NCBI RefSeq assembly: GCF_009914755.1
Contig: NC_060948.1
DNA from: the human T2T-CHM13v2.0 reference genome, Homo sapiens
Reading direction: 5' to 3' (one strand)
DNA length: 64,000 bases
The translations under genes were made by a program, and so were the position numbers. Below the pieces are notes generated by a model that had not been told where the DNA came from, did no database searches, and saw only the letters and a list, made by a program, of their open reading frames with translations. Shown here piece after piece: positions 36,201 to 51,200 of the stretch (position 1 is the first letter of the stretch; each line of letters starts with the position of its first letter).

Positions 36201-39200
36201 GGAGTGAAATTGTATGCAGTAGAAGAGAATAGAATGGAATGCAAGCGAAAGGAAAGGAATGGATTGGAATGGAATGGAATTCATTGGAATGGAAGGGAAT
36301 GTAGTGTAATGGACAGGCCTGGAATAAAGTGGAATGCTACGGTCTCGAATGGAATAAAAATGTATGGAATGGAATGCAATGAAACGGAATCGAATGTCAT
36401 AGAATGTAATGGAATGCAAAAAAATGGACTCCAAAATCATTGACTGGAAAGGCTGGGTGTCGAAAGGAATTGACTCCAATGGAATGGAATCGAATGGAAT
36501 GGAAGTGAATAGAATCGAACTAAATCGAATGGAATGGAATTGATAGGAACGGAATGGAAAGGAATGCAATGATTTCGCATGGAATGTAATCGAATGGCAT
36601 CGAATGGAATGGAATGGAATGCAATGGAATGGAATGTATTAGAATGTAATGAACTTTAATGGAATGTACTCGAATGGATTCGACTGGAATGGAATGTTCT
36701 GGAAGTGAATGGACTCCAATGGAATGGATTCGAAAGGAATGGAATCTAATGGAATGGAATTAAATGGAAATGAATCAAATTGAATAGAACGGAATTGAAT
36801 TGAATGGAATCGAATGCAATGGAATCTAATGAAACGGAAAGGAAAGGAATGGAATGGATTGGAATGGAATGGGCTGGAATGGAATGGAATCGAAACGAAT
36901 GGAATGGAATCGAACTGAAGAGACTGGAATGGAATGCACTGGAATGGAAGGGAATGTAATGGAAGGTTCTCGAAAAAAATGGAATCGAAAGGAATGGAAT
37001 TGAATGGAACGGAATAGAGTCGAATGGAATTGAATGGAATGGAATGGACTAGAGTGAAATGGAATCGAACCACAAGGAATGGACAGGAATAGAATGGTCT
37101 CGAATTGAATGGAATCGTATGGAATGGCATCAAACGGAATGTAATGGACAGCCACGGAATGGAATGGACACCCACGGAATGGAATGCACTCGAATGCAAT
37201 GGAGTCGACACTAATGGACTGGAATAGAATGGACTCGACTGGTACGGACTCCAATGGAATGGAATCGAATGGAAGGGAATCGAACGGAATGGACTCGAAG
37301 GGAAAAGACTGCAATGGAAAGGTCTCGAATGGAATGGAAATTAATGGAATGGAATGGAATCGAATGAAATGGAGTCAAAAGGAATGGAATCGAATGGCAA
37401 GAAATCGAATGTAATGGAATCGCAAGGAATTGATGTGAACGGAACGGAATGGAATGGAATCCAAAGGAATGGAATAGAATGGAATGGAATCGAATGGAAA
37501 GGACTCGAATGGAAATCACTCGAATAGAATGCAATTTAATAAAATAGGATCAAATGTAATGGAATGGAATGGAAAGGAATCGAAACGAAAGGAATGGAGA
37601 CAGATGGAATGGAATGGAACAGAGAGCAATGGTATAGAATGGAATGGAATCATCTGGAATGGAATTGAATGGAATGGAATAATATGAAATGGAATGGAAT
37701 GGAATGGAATGCCCTTGAATTAAATGGACTGGAATGGAATGGACTCGAACAGAGTGGAATGGAAAGTGTTGAAATAGAATGGAATGGACTCGTTTGGAAT
37801 GGTCTAGTATGCAATGCAATCGACTGGCAGGGAATCAAAAGGAATGTAATCGAATGGATTGGACTGGAATGCAATGGACTCGAATAGATTGGAAACGGAA
37901 AGCAAAGGAATGGAATGGAATAGTATGGAATGGAATGGAAAGGAATGGAGTGGAATAGACTAGAGTGGAATGGAATGGACTGGAAAGCAATGGACTGGAA
38001 TGGAACTTTCTTGAATGGACTGGAATCAAACGGAATGGAATGCAATGCAATCAAATGGCATGGAATAAAATAGAATGAAAGAGAATCAAATGGAATTGAA
38101 TCGAATGGAATCGAATGGATTGGAAAGGAATAGAATGGAATGGAATGGAATTGACTCAAATGGAATGGACTAGAATGGAATGGATTCGAATGGAAGGCAA
38201 AGGAATGGAATCTATTGGAATGGACTGTAATGGAATGGAATGGAAGGGATTGGAATGGACTCGAATGGAATGGACGGCAGTAGAAAGGATTCGAATGGAA
38301 TGAAAAAGGATTGAATGGAATAGAACAGAATGGAATCAAATCGAATGAAATGGAATGGAATAGAAAGGAATGGAATGAAATGGAATGGAAAGGATTCGAA
38401 TGGAATGCAATCGAATGGAATGAAATCGAATGGAATGGAATCGAACGGAATGGAATAAAATGGAAGAAAACTGGCAAGAAATGGAATCGAAATGAATGGA
38501 GTGTTATGGAACGGACTCAAAAGGAATTGAATGTAATAGAATGGAGTGGAGTGGACTCGAATATAATGGACTAGAATGGAATGAAATCACATGGAATGGG
38601 AACGAATGGAATGGAATGGAAAGGAATGGAATCGAATGGAAAGGAATCGAATGGAAGGGAATGAAATTGAATCAACAGGAATGGAAGGGAGTAGAATAGA
38701 CGGTAATGGAATGGACTCGAATAGAATGGACACGAATGCTCAAATTGAATGGACTCGAATGGAATGGCAACAAAAGGAATGTCATCGAATGGAATTGAAT
38801 CGATTGGAATGAAATCGCATAGAATGGAGTGGAATCAAATGGAATTGAATCGAAAGGAAAGGAAGCGAATGGACTGAAATGAAATGGAATGGAATTGAAT
38901 GGAAATTAATGCAATGGAATAGAATGGAACGAAATTTCACGGAATGGAATCAAACTGAATGGAATCAAATCAATGGAATATAATCAAATGGAATGGAAAG
39001 GAACTGAATGGAGTAGATTGGATTGGATGGGATTGGAATGAAATGTACTGGAAAGGACTCGAATTTCATGAAACGGAATGGAATGAATTAGAACGGAATG
39101 GACTCGAATGGAATGGAATGTCATGGAATGGCATCAAATGGAATGGAATCGAATGCGATGGAATGCTATGGAATGGAATGGAATGCATTGGAATGGAATG

Positions 39201-42200
39201 TCCTCTAATGGAATGTATTCGAGTGGAATGGAATCGAATATAATGGAGTCTAATGAAATGGAATTGAAAGGAATGGGACCGAATACAATGGAATAAACTG
39301 GAATGTAATGTAATGAACTCGAATGTAATTGACTGGAATGGAATGTACATGAATGGAATGTAATCGAATGGAAAGCAATCCAATGGAATAGAATCTAATG
39401 CAATAAAATCGACTCAAATAGAGTAGAATGTAATGGAATGGAGTGCAGTGCAATGGAATGGAATGGAATGCAATGGAATGGAATGGAATGGAATGGATTG
39501 GGATGGAATGGTATGGAATGGATAGTAATGGACTGGAGTGAAATGGACTGGAAAAGAATGGACGCAAATTGAAAGGGCTCGAAAGGAATGGAGTCAAATG
39601 GAATGGTCTGGAATGGAATGAACACGAATGTAATGCAATCCAATAGAATGGAATCGAATGGCATGGAATATAAAGAAATGGAATCGAAGAGAATGGAAAC
39701 AAATGGAATGGAATTGAATGGAATGGAATTGAATGGAATGGGAACGAATGGAGTGAAATTGTATGCAGTAGAAGAGAATAGAATGGAATGCAAGCGAAAG
39801 GAAAGGAATGGATTGGAATGGAATGGAATTCATTGGAATGGAAGGGAATGTAGTGTAATGGACAGGCCTGGAATAAAGTGGAATGCTACGGTCTCGAATG
39901 GAATAAAAATGTATGGAATGGAATGCAATGAAACGGAATCGAATGTCATAGAATGTAATGGAATGCAAAAAAATGGACTCCAAAATCATTGACTGGAAAG
40001 GCTGGGTGTCGAAAGGAATTGACTCCAATGGAATGGAATCGAATGGAATGGAAGTGAATAGAATCGAACTAAATCGAATGGAATGGAATTGATAGGAACG
40101 GAATGGAAAGGAATGCAATGATTTGGCATGGAATGGAATCGAAAGGCATCGAATGGAATGGAATGGAATGCAATGGAATGGAATGTATTAGAATGTAATG
40201 AACATTAATGGAAAGTACTCGAATGGATTCGACTGGAATGGAATGTTCTGGAAGTGAATGGACTCCAATGGAATGGATTCGAAAGGAATGGAATCGAACG
40301 GAATGGAATTAAACGGAAATGAATCAAATAGAATAGAACGGAATTGAATTGAATGGAATCGAATGCTATGGAATCTAATGAAACGGAAAGGAATGGAATG
40401 GAATGGGCTGGAATGGAATGGAATCGAAACGAATGGAATGGAATCGAACTGAAGAGACTGGAATGGAATGCACTGGAATGGAAGGGAATGTAATGGAAGG
40501 TTCTCGAAAAAAATGGAATCGAAAGGAATGGAATTGAATGGAACGGAATAGAGTCGAATGGAATTGAATGGAATGGAATGGACTAGAGTGAAATGGAATC
40601 GAACCACAAGGAATGGACAGGAATAGAATGGTCTCGAATTGAATGGAATCGTATGGAATGGCATCAAACGGAATGGAATGGACGGCCACGGAATGGAATG
40701 CACTCGAATGCAATGGAGTCGAAACTAATGGACTGGAATAGAATGGACTCGACTGGTACGGACTCCAATGGAATGGAATCGAATGGAAGGGAATCGAACG
40801 GAATGGACTCGAAGGGAAAAGACTGCAATGGAAAGGTCTCGAATGGAATGGAAATTAATGGAATGGAATGGAATCGAATGAAATGGAGTCAAAAGGAATG
40901 GAATCGAATGGCAAGAAATCGAATGTAATGGAATCGCAAGGAATTGATGTGAACGGAACGGAATGGAATGGAATCCAAAGGAATGGAATAGAATGGAATG
41001 GAATCGAATGGAAAGGACTCGAATGGAAATCACTCGAATAGAATGCAATTTAATAAAATAGGATCAAATGTAATGGAATGGAATGGAAAGGAATCGAAAC
41101 GAAAGGAATGGAGACAGATGGAATGGAATGGAACAGAGAGCAATGGTATAGAATGGAATGGAATCATCTGGAATGGAATTGAATGGAATGGAATAATATG
41201 AAATGGAATGGAATGGAATGGAATGCCCTTGAATTAAATGGACTGGAATGGAATGGACTCGAACAGAGTGGAATGGAAAGTGTTGAAATAGAATGGAATG
41301 GACTCGTTTGGAATGGTCTAGTATGCAATGCAATAGACTGGCAGGGAATCAAAAGGAATGTAATCGAATGGATTGGACTGGAATGCAATGGACTCGAATA
41401 GATTGGAAACGGAAAGCAAAGGAATGGAATGGAATAGTATGGAATGGAATGCAAAGGAATGGAGTGGAATAGACTAGAGTGGAATGGAATGGACTCGAAA
41501 GCAATGGACTGGAATGGAACTTTCTTGAATGGACTGGAATCAAACGGAATGGAATGCAATGCAATCAAATGGCATGGAATAAAATAGAAAGAAAGAGAAT
41601 CAAATGGAATTGAATCGAATGGAATCGAATGGATTGGAAAGGAATAGAATGGAATGGAATGGAATTGACTCAAATGGAATGGACTAGAATGGAATGGATT
41701 CGAATGGAAGGCAAAGGAATGGAATCTATTGGAATGGACTGTAATGGAATGGAATGGAAGGGATTGGAATGGACTCGAATGGAATGGACTGCAGTAGAAA
41801 GGATTCGAATGGAATGAAAAAGAATTGAATGGAATAGAACAGAATGGAATCAAATCGAATGAAATGGAATGGAATAGAAAGGAATGGAATGAAATGGAAT
41901 GGAAAGGATTCGAATGGAATGCAATCGAATGGAATGAAATCGAATGGAATGGAATCGAATGGAATGGAATAAAATGGAAGAAAACTGGCAAGAAATGGAA
42001 TCGAAATGAATGGAGTGTTATGGAACGGACTCAAAAGGAATTGAATGTAATAGAATGGAGTGGAGTGGACTCGAATATAATGGACTAGAATGGAATGAAA
42101 TCACATGGAATGGGAACGAATGGAATGGAATGGAAAGGAATGGAATCGAATGGAAAGGAATCGAATGGAAGGGAATGAAATTGAATCAACAGGAATGGAA

Positions 42201-45200
42201 GGGAGTAGAATAGACGGTAATGGAATGGACTCGAATAGAATGGACACGAATGCTCAAATTGAATGGACTCGAATGGAATGGAAACGAAAGGAATGTCATC
42301 GAATGGAATTGAATCGATTGGAATGAAATCACATAGAATGGAGTGGAATCAAATGGAATTGAATCGAAAGGAAAGGAAGCGAATGGACTGAAATGAAATG
42401 GAATGGAATTGAATGGAAATTAATGCAATGGAATAGAATGGAACGAAATTTCACGGAATGGAATCAAACTGAATGGAATCAAATCAATGGAATATAATCA
42501 AATGGAATGGAAAGGAATTGAATGGAGTAGATTGGATTGGATGGGATTGGAATGAAATGTACTGGAAAGGACTCGAATTTCATGAAACGGAATGGAATGA
42601 ATTAGAACGGAATGGACTCGAATGGAATGGAATGTCATGGAATGGCATCAAATGGAATGGAATCGAATGCGATGGAATGCTATGGAATAGAATGGAATGC
42701 ATTGGAATGGAATGTCCTCTAATGGAATGTATTCCAGTGGAATGGAATCGAATATAATGGAGTCTAATGAAATGGAATTGAAAGGAATGGGACCGAATAT
42801 AATGGAATATACTGGAATGTAATGTAATGAACTCGAATGTAATTGACTGGAATGGAATGTACATGAATGGAATGTAATCGAATGGAAAGCAATCCAATGG
42901 AATAGAATCTAATGCAATAAAATCGACTCAAATAGAGTAGAATGTAATGGAATGGAGTGCAGTGCAATGGAATGGAATGGAATGGAATGCAATGGAATGG
43001 AATGGAATGGAATGGAATGGAATGGGATGGAATGGTATGGAATGGATAGTAATGGACTGGAGTGAAATGGACTGGAAAAGAATGGACTCAAATTGAAAGG
43101 GCTCGAAAGGAATGGAGTCAAATGGAATGGTCTGGAATGGAATGAACACGAATGTAATGCAATCCAATAGAATGGAATCGAATGGCATGGAATATAAAGA
43201 AATGGAATCGAAGAGAATGGAAACAAATGGAATGGAATTGAATGGAATGGAATTGAATGGAATGGGAATGAATGGAGTGAAATTGTATGCAGTAGAAGAG
43301 AATAGAATGGAATGCAAGCGAAAGGAAAGGAATGGATTGGAATGGAATGGAATTCATTGGAATGGAAGGGAATGTAGTGTAATGGACAGGCCTGGAATAA
43401 AGTGGAATGCTACGGTCTCGAATGGAATAAAAATGTATGGAATGGAATGCAATGAAACGGAATCGAATGTCATAGAATGTAATGGAATGCAAAAAAATGG
43501 ACTCCAAAATCATTGACTGGAAAGGCTGGGTGTCGAAAGGAATTGACTCCAATGGAATGGAATCGAATGGAATGGAAGTGAATAGAATCGAACTAAATCG
43601 AATGGAATGGAATTGATAGGAACGGAATGGAAAGGAATGCAATGATTTGGCATGGAATGGAATCGAATGGCATCGAATGGAATGGAATGGAATGCAATGG
43701 AATGGAATGTATTAGAATGTAATGAACTTTAATGGAATGTACTCGAATGGATTCGACTGGAATGGAATGTTCTCGAAGTGAATGGACTCCAATGGAATGG
43801 ATTCGAAAGGAATGGAATCTAATGGAATGGAATTAAATGGAAATGAATCAAATTGAATAGAACGGAATTGAATTGAATGGAATCGAATGCAATGGAATCT
43901 AATGAAACGGAAAGGAAAGGAATGGAATGGATTGGAATGGAATGGGCTGGAATGGAATGGAATCGAAACGAATGGAATGGAATCGAACTGAAGAGACTGG
44001 AATGGAATGCACTGGAATGGAAGGGAATGTAATGGAAGGTTCTCGAAAAAAATGGAATCGAAAGGAATGGAATTGAATGGAACGGAATAGAGTCGAATGG
44101 AATTCAATGGAATGGAATGGACTAGAGTGAAATGGAATCGAACCACAAGGAATGGACAGGAATAGAATGGTCTCGAATTGAATGGAATCGTATGGAATGG
44201 CATCAAACGGAATGGAATGGACAGCCACGGAATGGAATGGACACCCACGGAATGGAATGCACTCGAATGCAATGGAGTCGACACTAATGGACTGGAATAG
44301 AATGGAGTCGACTGGTACGGACTCCAATGGAATGGAATCGAATGGAAGGGAATCGAACGGAATGGACTCGAAGGGAAAAGACTGCAATGGAAAGGTCTCC
44401 AATGGAATGGAAATTAATGGAATGGAATGGAATCGAATGAAATGGAGTCAAAAGGAATGGAATCCAATGGCAAGAAATCGAATGTAATGGAATCGCAAGG
44501 AATTGATGTGAACGGAACGGAATGGAATGGAATCCAAAGGAATGGAATAGAATGGAATGGAATCGAATGGAAAGGACTCGAATGGAAATCACTCGAATAG
44601 AATGCAATTTAATAAAATAGGATCAAATGTAATGGAATGGAATGGAAAGGAATCGAAACGAAAGGAAAGGAGACAGATGGAATGGAATGGAACAGAGAGC
44701 AATGGTATAGAATGGAATGGAATCATCTGGAATGGAAGTGAATGGAATGGAATAATATGAAATGGAATGGAATTTAATGGAATGGAATGCCCTTGTATTA
44801 AATGGACTGGAATGGAATGGACTCGAACAGAGTGGAATGGAAAGTGTTGAAATAGAATGGAATGGACTCGTTTGGAATGGTCTAGTATGCAATGCAATCG
44901 ACTGGCAGGGAATCAAAAGGAATGTAATCGAATGGATTGGACTGGAATGCAATGGACTCGAATAGATTGGAAACGGAAAGCAAAGGAATGGAATGGAATA
45001 GTATGGAATGGAATGGAAAGGAATGGAGAGGAATAGACTAGAGTGGAATGGAATGGACTCGAAAGCAATGGACTGGAATGGAACTTTCTTGAATGGACTG
45101 GAATCAAACGGAATGGAATGCAATGCAATCAAATGGCATGGAATAAAATAGAATGAAAGAGAATCAAATGGAATTGAATCGAATGGAATCGAATGGATTG

Positions 45201-48200
45201 GAAAGGAATAGAATGGAATGGAATGGAATTGACTCAAATGGAATGGACTAGAATGGAATGGATTCGAATGGAAGGCAAAGGAATGGAATCTATTGGAATG
45301 GACTGTAATGGAATGGAATGGAAGGGATTGGAATGGACTCGAATGGAATGGACTGAAATAGAAAGGATTCGAATGGAATGAAAAAGAATTGAATGGAATA
45401 GAACAGAATGGAATCAAATCGAATGAAATGGAATGGAATAGAAAGGAATGGAATGAAATGGAATGGAAAGGATTCGAATGGAATGCAATCGAATGGAATG
45501 AAATCGAATGGAATGGAATCGAACGGAATGGAATAAAATGGAAGAAAACTGGCAAGAAATGGAGTCGAAATGAATGGAGTGTTATGGAACGGACTCAAAA
45601 GGAATTGAATGTAATAGAATGGAGTGGAGTGGACTCGAATATAATGGACTGGAATGGAATGAAATCACATGGAATGGGAACGAATGGAATGGAATGGAAA
45701 GGAATGGAATGGAATGGAAAGGAATCGAATGGAAGGGAATGAAATTGAATCAACAGGAATGGAAGGGAGTAGAATAGACGGTAATGGAATGGACTCGAAT
45801 AGAATGGACACGAATGCTCAAATTGAATGGACTCGAATGGAATGGCAACGAAAGGAATGTCATCGAATGGAATTGAATCGATTGGAATGAAATCACATAG
45901 AATGGAGTGGAATCAAATGGAATTGAATCGAAAGGAAAGGAAGCGAATGGACTGAAATGAAATGGAATGGAATTGAATGGAAATTAATGCAATGGAATAG
46001 AATGGAACGAAATTTCACGGAATGGAATCAAACTGAATGGAATCAAATCAATGGAATATAATCAAATGGAATGGAAAGGAATTGAATGGAGTAGATTGAA
46101 TTGGATGGGATTGGAATGAAATGTACTGGAAAGGACTCGAATTTCATGAAACGGAATGGAATGAATTAGAACGGAATGGACTCGAATGGAATGGAATGTC
46201 ATGGAATGGCATCAAATGGAATGGAATCGAATGCGATGGAATGCTATGGAATGGAATGGAATGCATTGGAATGGAATGTCCTCTAATGGAATGTATTCGA
46301 GTGGAATGGAATCGAATATAATGGAGTCTAATGAAATGGAATTGAAAGGAATGGGACCGAATACAATGGAATATACTGGAATGTAATGTAATGAACACGA
46401 ATGTAATTGACTGGAATGGAATGTACATGAATGGAATGTAATCGAATGGAAAGCAATCCAATGGAATAGAATCTAATGCAATAAAATCGACTCAAATAGA
46501 GTAGAATGTAATGGAATGGAGTGCAGTGCAATGGAATGGAATGGAATGGAATGCAATGGAATGGAATGGAATGGAATGGGATGGAATGGTATGGAATGGA
46601 TAGTAATGGACTGGAGTGAAATGGACTGGAAAAGAATGGACTCAAATTGAAAGGGCTCGAAAGGAATGGAGTCAAATGGAATGGTCTGGAATGGAATGAA
46701 CACGAATGTAATGCAATCCAATAGAATGGAATCGAATGGCATCTAATATAAAGAAATGGAATCGAAGAGAATGGAAACAAATGGAATGGAATTGAATGGA
46801 ATGGAATTGAATGGAATGGGAACGAATGGAGTGAAATTGTATGCAGTAGAAGAGAATAGAATGGAATGCAAGCGAAAGGAAAGGAATGGATTGGAATGGA
46901 ATGGAATTCATTGGAATGGAAGGGAATGTAGTGTAATGGACAGGCCTGGAATAAAGTGGAATGCTACGGTCTCGAATGGAATAAAAATGTATGGAACGGA
47001 ATGCAATGAAACGGAATCGAATGTCATAGAATGTAATGGAATGCAAAAAAATGGACTCCAAAATCATTGACTGGAAAGGCTGGGTGTCGAAAGGAATTGA
47101 CTCCAATGGAATGGAATCGAATGGAATGGAAGTGAATAGAATCGAACTAAATCGAATGGAATGGAATTGATAGGAACGGAATGGAAAGGAATGCAATGAT
47201 TTGGCATGGAATGGAATCGAATGGCATCGAATGGAATGGAATGGAATGCAATGGAATGGAATGTATTAGAATGTAATGAACTTTAATGGAATGTACTCGA
47301 ATGGATTCGACTGGAATGGAATGTTCTCGAAGTGAATGGACTCCAATGGAATGGATTCGAAAGGAATGGAATCTAATGGAATGGAATTAAATGGAAATGA
47401 ATCAAATTGAATAGAACGGAATTGAATTGAATGGAATCGAATGCAATGGAATCTAATGAAACGGAAAGGAAAGGAATGGAATGGATTGGAATGGAATGGG
47501 CTGGAATGGAATGGAATCGAAACGAATGGAATGGAATCGAACTGAAGAGACTGGAATGGAATGCACTGGAATGGAAGGGAATGTAATGGAAGGTCCTCGA
47601 AAAAAATGGAATCGAAAGGAATGGAATTGAATGGAACGGAATAGAGTCGAATGGAATTGAATGGAATGGAATGGACTAGAGTGAAATGGAATCGAACCAC
47701 AAGGAATGGACAGGAATAGAATGGTCTCGAATTGAATGGAATCGTATGGAATGGCATCAAACGGAATGGAATGGACAGCCACGGAATGGAATGGACACCC
47801 ACGGAATGGAATGCACTCGAATGCAATGGAGTCGACACTAATGGACTGGAATAGAATGGACTCGACTGGTACGGACTCCAATGGAATGGAATCGAAAGGA
47901 AGGGAATCGAAAGGAATGGACTCGAAGGGAAAAGACTGCAATGGAAAGGTCTCCAATGGAATGGAAATTAATGGAATGGAATGGAATCGAATGAAATGGA
48001 GTCAAAAGGAATGGAATCGAATGGCAAGAAATCGAATGTAATGGAATCGCAAGGAATTGATGTGAACGGAACGGAATGGAATGGAATCCAAAGGAATGGA
48101 ATAGAATGGAATGGAATCGAATGGAAAGGACTCGAATGGAAATCACTCGAATAGAATGCAATTTAATAAAATAGGATCAAATGTAATGGAATGGAATGGA

Positions 48201-51200
48201 AAGGAATCGAAACGAAAGGAATGGAGACAGATGGAATGGAATGGAACAGAGAGCAATGGTATAGAATGGAATGGAATCATCTGGAATGGAATTGAATGGA
48301 ATGGAATAATATGAAATGGAATGGAATGGAATGGAATGCCCTTGAATTAAATGGACTGGAATGCAATGGACTCGAACAGAGTGGAATGGAAAGTGTTGAA
48401 ATAGAATGGAATGGACTCCTTTGGAATGGTCTAGTATGCAATGCAATAGACTGGCAGGGAATCAAAAGGAATGTAATCGAATGGATTGGACTGGAATGCA
48501 ATGGACTCGAATAGATTGGAAACGGAAAGCAAAGGAATGGAATGGAATAGTATGGAATGGAATGGAAAGGAATGGAGTGGAATAGACTAGAGTGGAATGG
48601 AATGGACTGGAAAGCAATGGACTGGAATGGAACTTTCTTGAATGGACTGGAATCAAACGGAATGGAATGCAATGCAATCAAATGGCATGGAATAAAATAG
48701 AATGAAAGAGAATCAAATGGAATTGAATCGAATGGAATCGAATGGATTGGAAAGGAATAGAATGGAATGGAATGGAATTGACTCAAATGGAATGGACTAG
48801 AATGGAATGGATTCGAATGGAAGGCAAAGGAATGGAATCTATTGGAATGGACTGTAATGGAATGGAATGGAAGGGATTGGAATGGACTCGAATGGAATGG
48901 ACTGCAGTAGAAAGGATTCGAATGGAATGAAAAAGAATTGAATGGAATAGAACAGAATGGAATCAAATCGAATGAAATGGAATGGAATAGAAAGGAATGG
49001 AATGAAATGGAATGGAAAGGATTCGAATGGAATGCAATCGAATGGAATGAAATCGAATGGAATGGAATCGAACGGAATGGAATAAAATGGAAGAAAACTG
49101 GCAAGAAATGGAATCGAAATGAATGGAGTCTTATGGAACGGACTCAAAAGGAATTGAATGTAATAGAATGGAGTGGAGTGGACTCGAATATAATGGACTA
49201 GAATGGAATGAAATCACATGGAATGGGAACGAATGGAATGGAATGGAAAGGAATGGAATCGAATGGAAAGGAATCGAATGGAAGGGAATGAAATTGAATC
49301 AACAGGAATGGAAGGGAGTAGAATAGACGGTAATGGAATGGACTCGAATAGAATGGACACGAATGCTCAAATTGAATGGACTCGAATGGAATGGAAACGA
49401 AAGGAATGTCATCGAATGGAATTGAATCGATTGGAATGAAATCACATAGAATGGAGTGGAATCAAATGGAATTGAATCGAAAGGAAAGGAAGCGAATGGA
49501 CTGAAATGAAATGGAATGGAATTGAATGGAAATTAATGCAATGGAATAGAATGGAACGAAATTTCACGGAATGGAATCAAACTGAATGGAATCAAATCAA
49601 TGGAATATAATCAAATGGAATGGAAAGGAATTGAATGGAGTAGATTGGATTGGATGGGATTGGAATGAAATGTACTGGAAAGGACTCGAATTTCATGAAA
49701 CGGAATGGAATGAATTAGAACGGAATGGACTCGAATGGAATGGAATGTCATGGAATGGCATCAAATGGAATGGAATCGAATGCGATGGAATGCTATGGAA
49801 TAGAATGGAATGCATTGGAATGGAATGTCCTCTAATGGAATGTATTCAAGTGGAATGGAATCGAATATAATGGAGTCTAATGAAATGGAATTGAAAGGAA
49901 TGGGACCGAATATAATGGAATATACTGGAATGTAATGTAATGAACTCGAATGTAATTGACTGGAATGGAATGTACATGAATGGAATGTAATCGAATGGAA
50001 AGCAATCCAATGGAATAGAATCTAATGCAATAAAATCGACTCAAATAGAGTAGAATGTAATGGAATGGAGTGCAGTGCAATGGAATGGAATGGAATGGAA
50101 TGCAATGGAATGGAATGGAATGGAATGGAATGGAATGGGATGGAATGGTATGGAATGGATAGTAATGGACTGGAGTGAAATGGACTGGAAAAGAATGGAC
50201 TCAAATTGAAAGGGCTCGAAAGGAATGGAGTCAAATGGAATGGTCTGGAATGGAATGAACACGAATGTAATGCAATCCAATAGAATGGAATCGAATGGCA
50301 TGGAATATAAAGAAATGGAATCGAAGAGAATGGAAACAAATGGAATGGAATTGAATGGAATGGAATTGAATGGAATGGGAATGAATGGAGTGAAATTGTA
50401 TGCAGTAGAAGAGAATAGAATGGAATGCAAGCGAAAGGAAAGGAATGGATTGGAATGGAATGGAATTCATTGGAATGGAAGGGAATGTAGTGTAATGGAC
50501 AGGCCTGGAATAAAGTGGAATGCTACGGTCTCGAATGGAATAAAAATGTATGGAATGGAATGCAATGAAACGGAATCGAATGTCATAGAATGTAATGGAA
50601 TGCAAAAAAATGGACTCCAAAATCATTGACTGGAAAGGCTGGGTGTCGAAAGGAATTGACTCCAATGGAATGGAATCGAATGGAATGGAAGTGAATAGAA
50701 TCGAACTAAATCGAATGGAATGGAATTGATAGGAACGGAATGGAAAGGAATGCAATGATTTGGCATGGAATGGAATCGAATGGCATCGAATGGAATGGAA
50801 TGGAATGCAATGGAATGGAATGTATTAGAATGTAATGAACTTTAATGGAATGTACTCGAATGGATTCGACTGGAATGGAATGTTCTCGAAGTGAATGGAC
50901 TCCAATGGAATGGATTCGAAAGGAATGGAATCTAATGGAATGGAATTAAATGGAAATGAATCAAATTGAATAGAACGGAATTGAATTGAATGGAATCGAA
51001 TGCAATGGAATCTAATGAAACGGAAAGGAAAGGAATGGAATGGATTGGAATGGAATGGGCTGGAATGGAATGGAATCGAAACGAATGGAATGGAATCGAA
51101 CTGAAGAGACTGGAATGGAATGCACTGGAATGGAAGGGAATGTAATGGAAGGTTCTCGAAAAAAATGGAATCGAAAGGAATGGAATTGAATGGAACGGAA

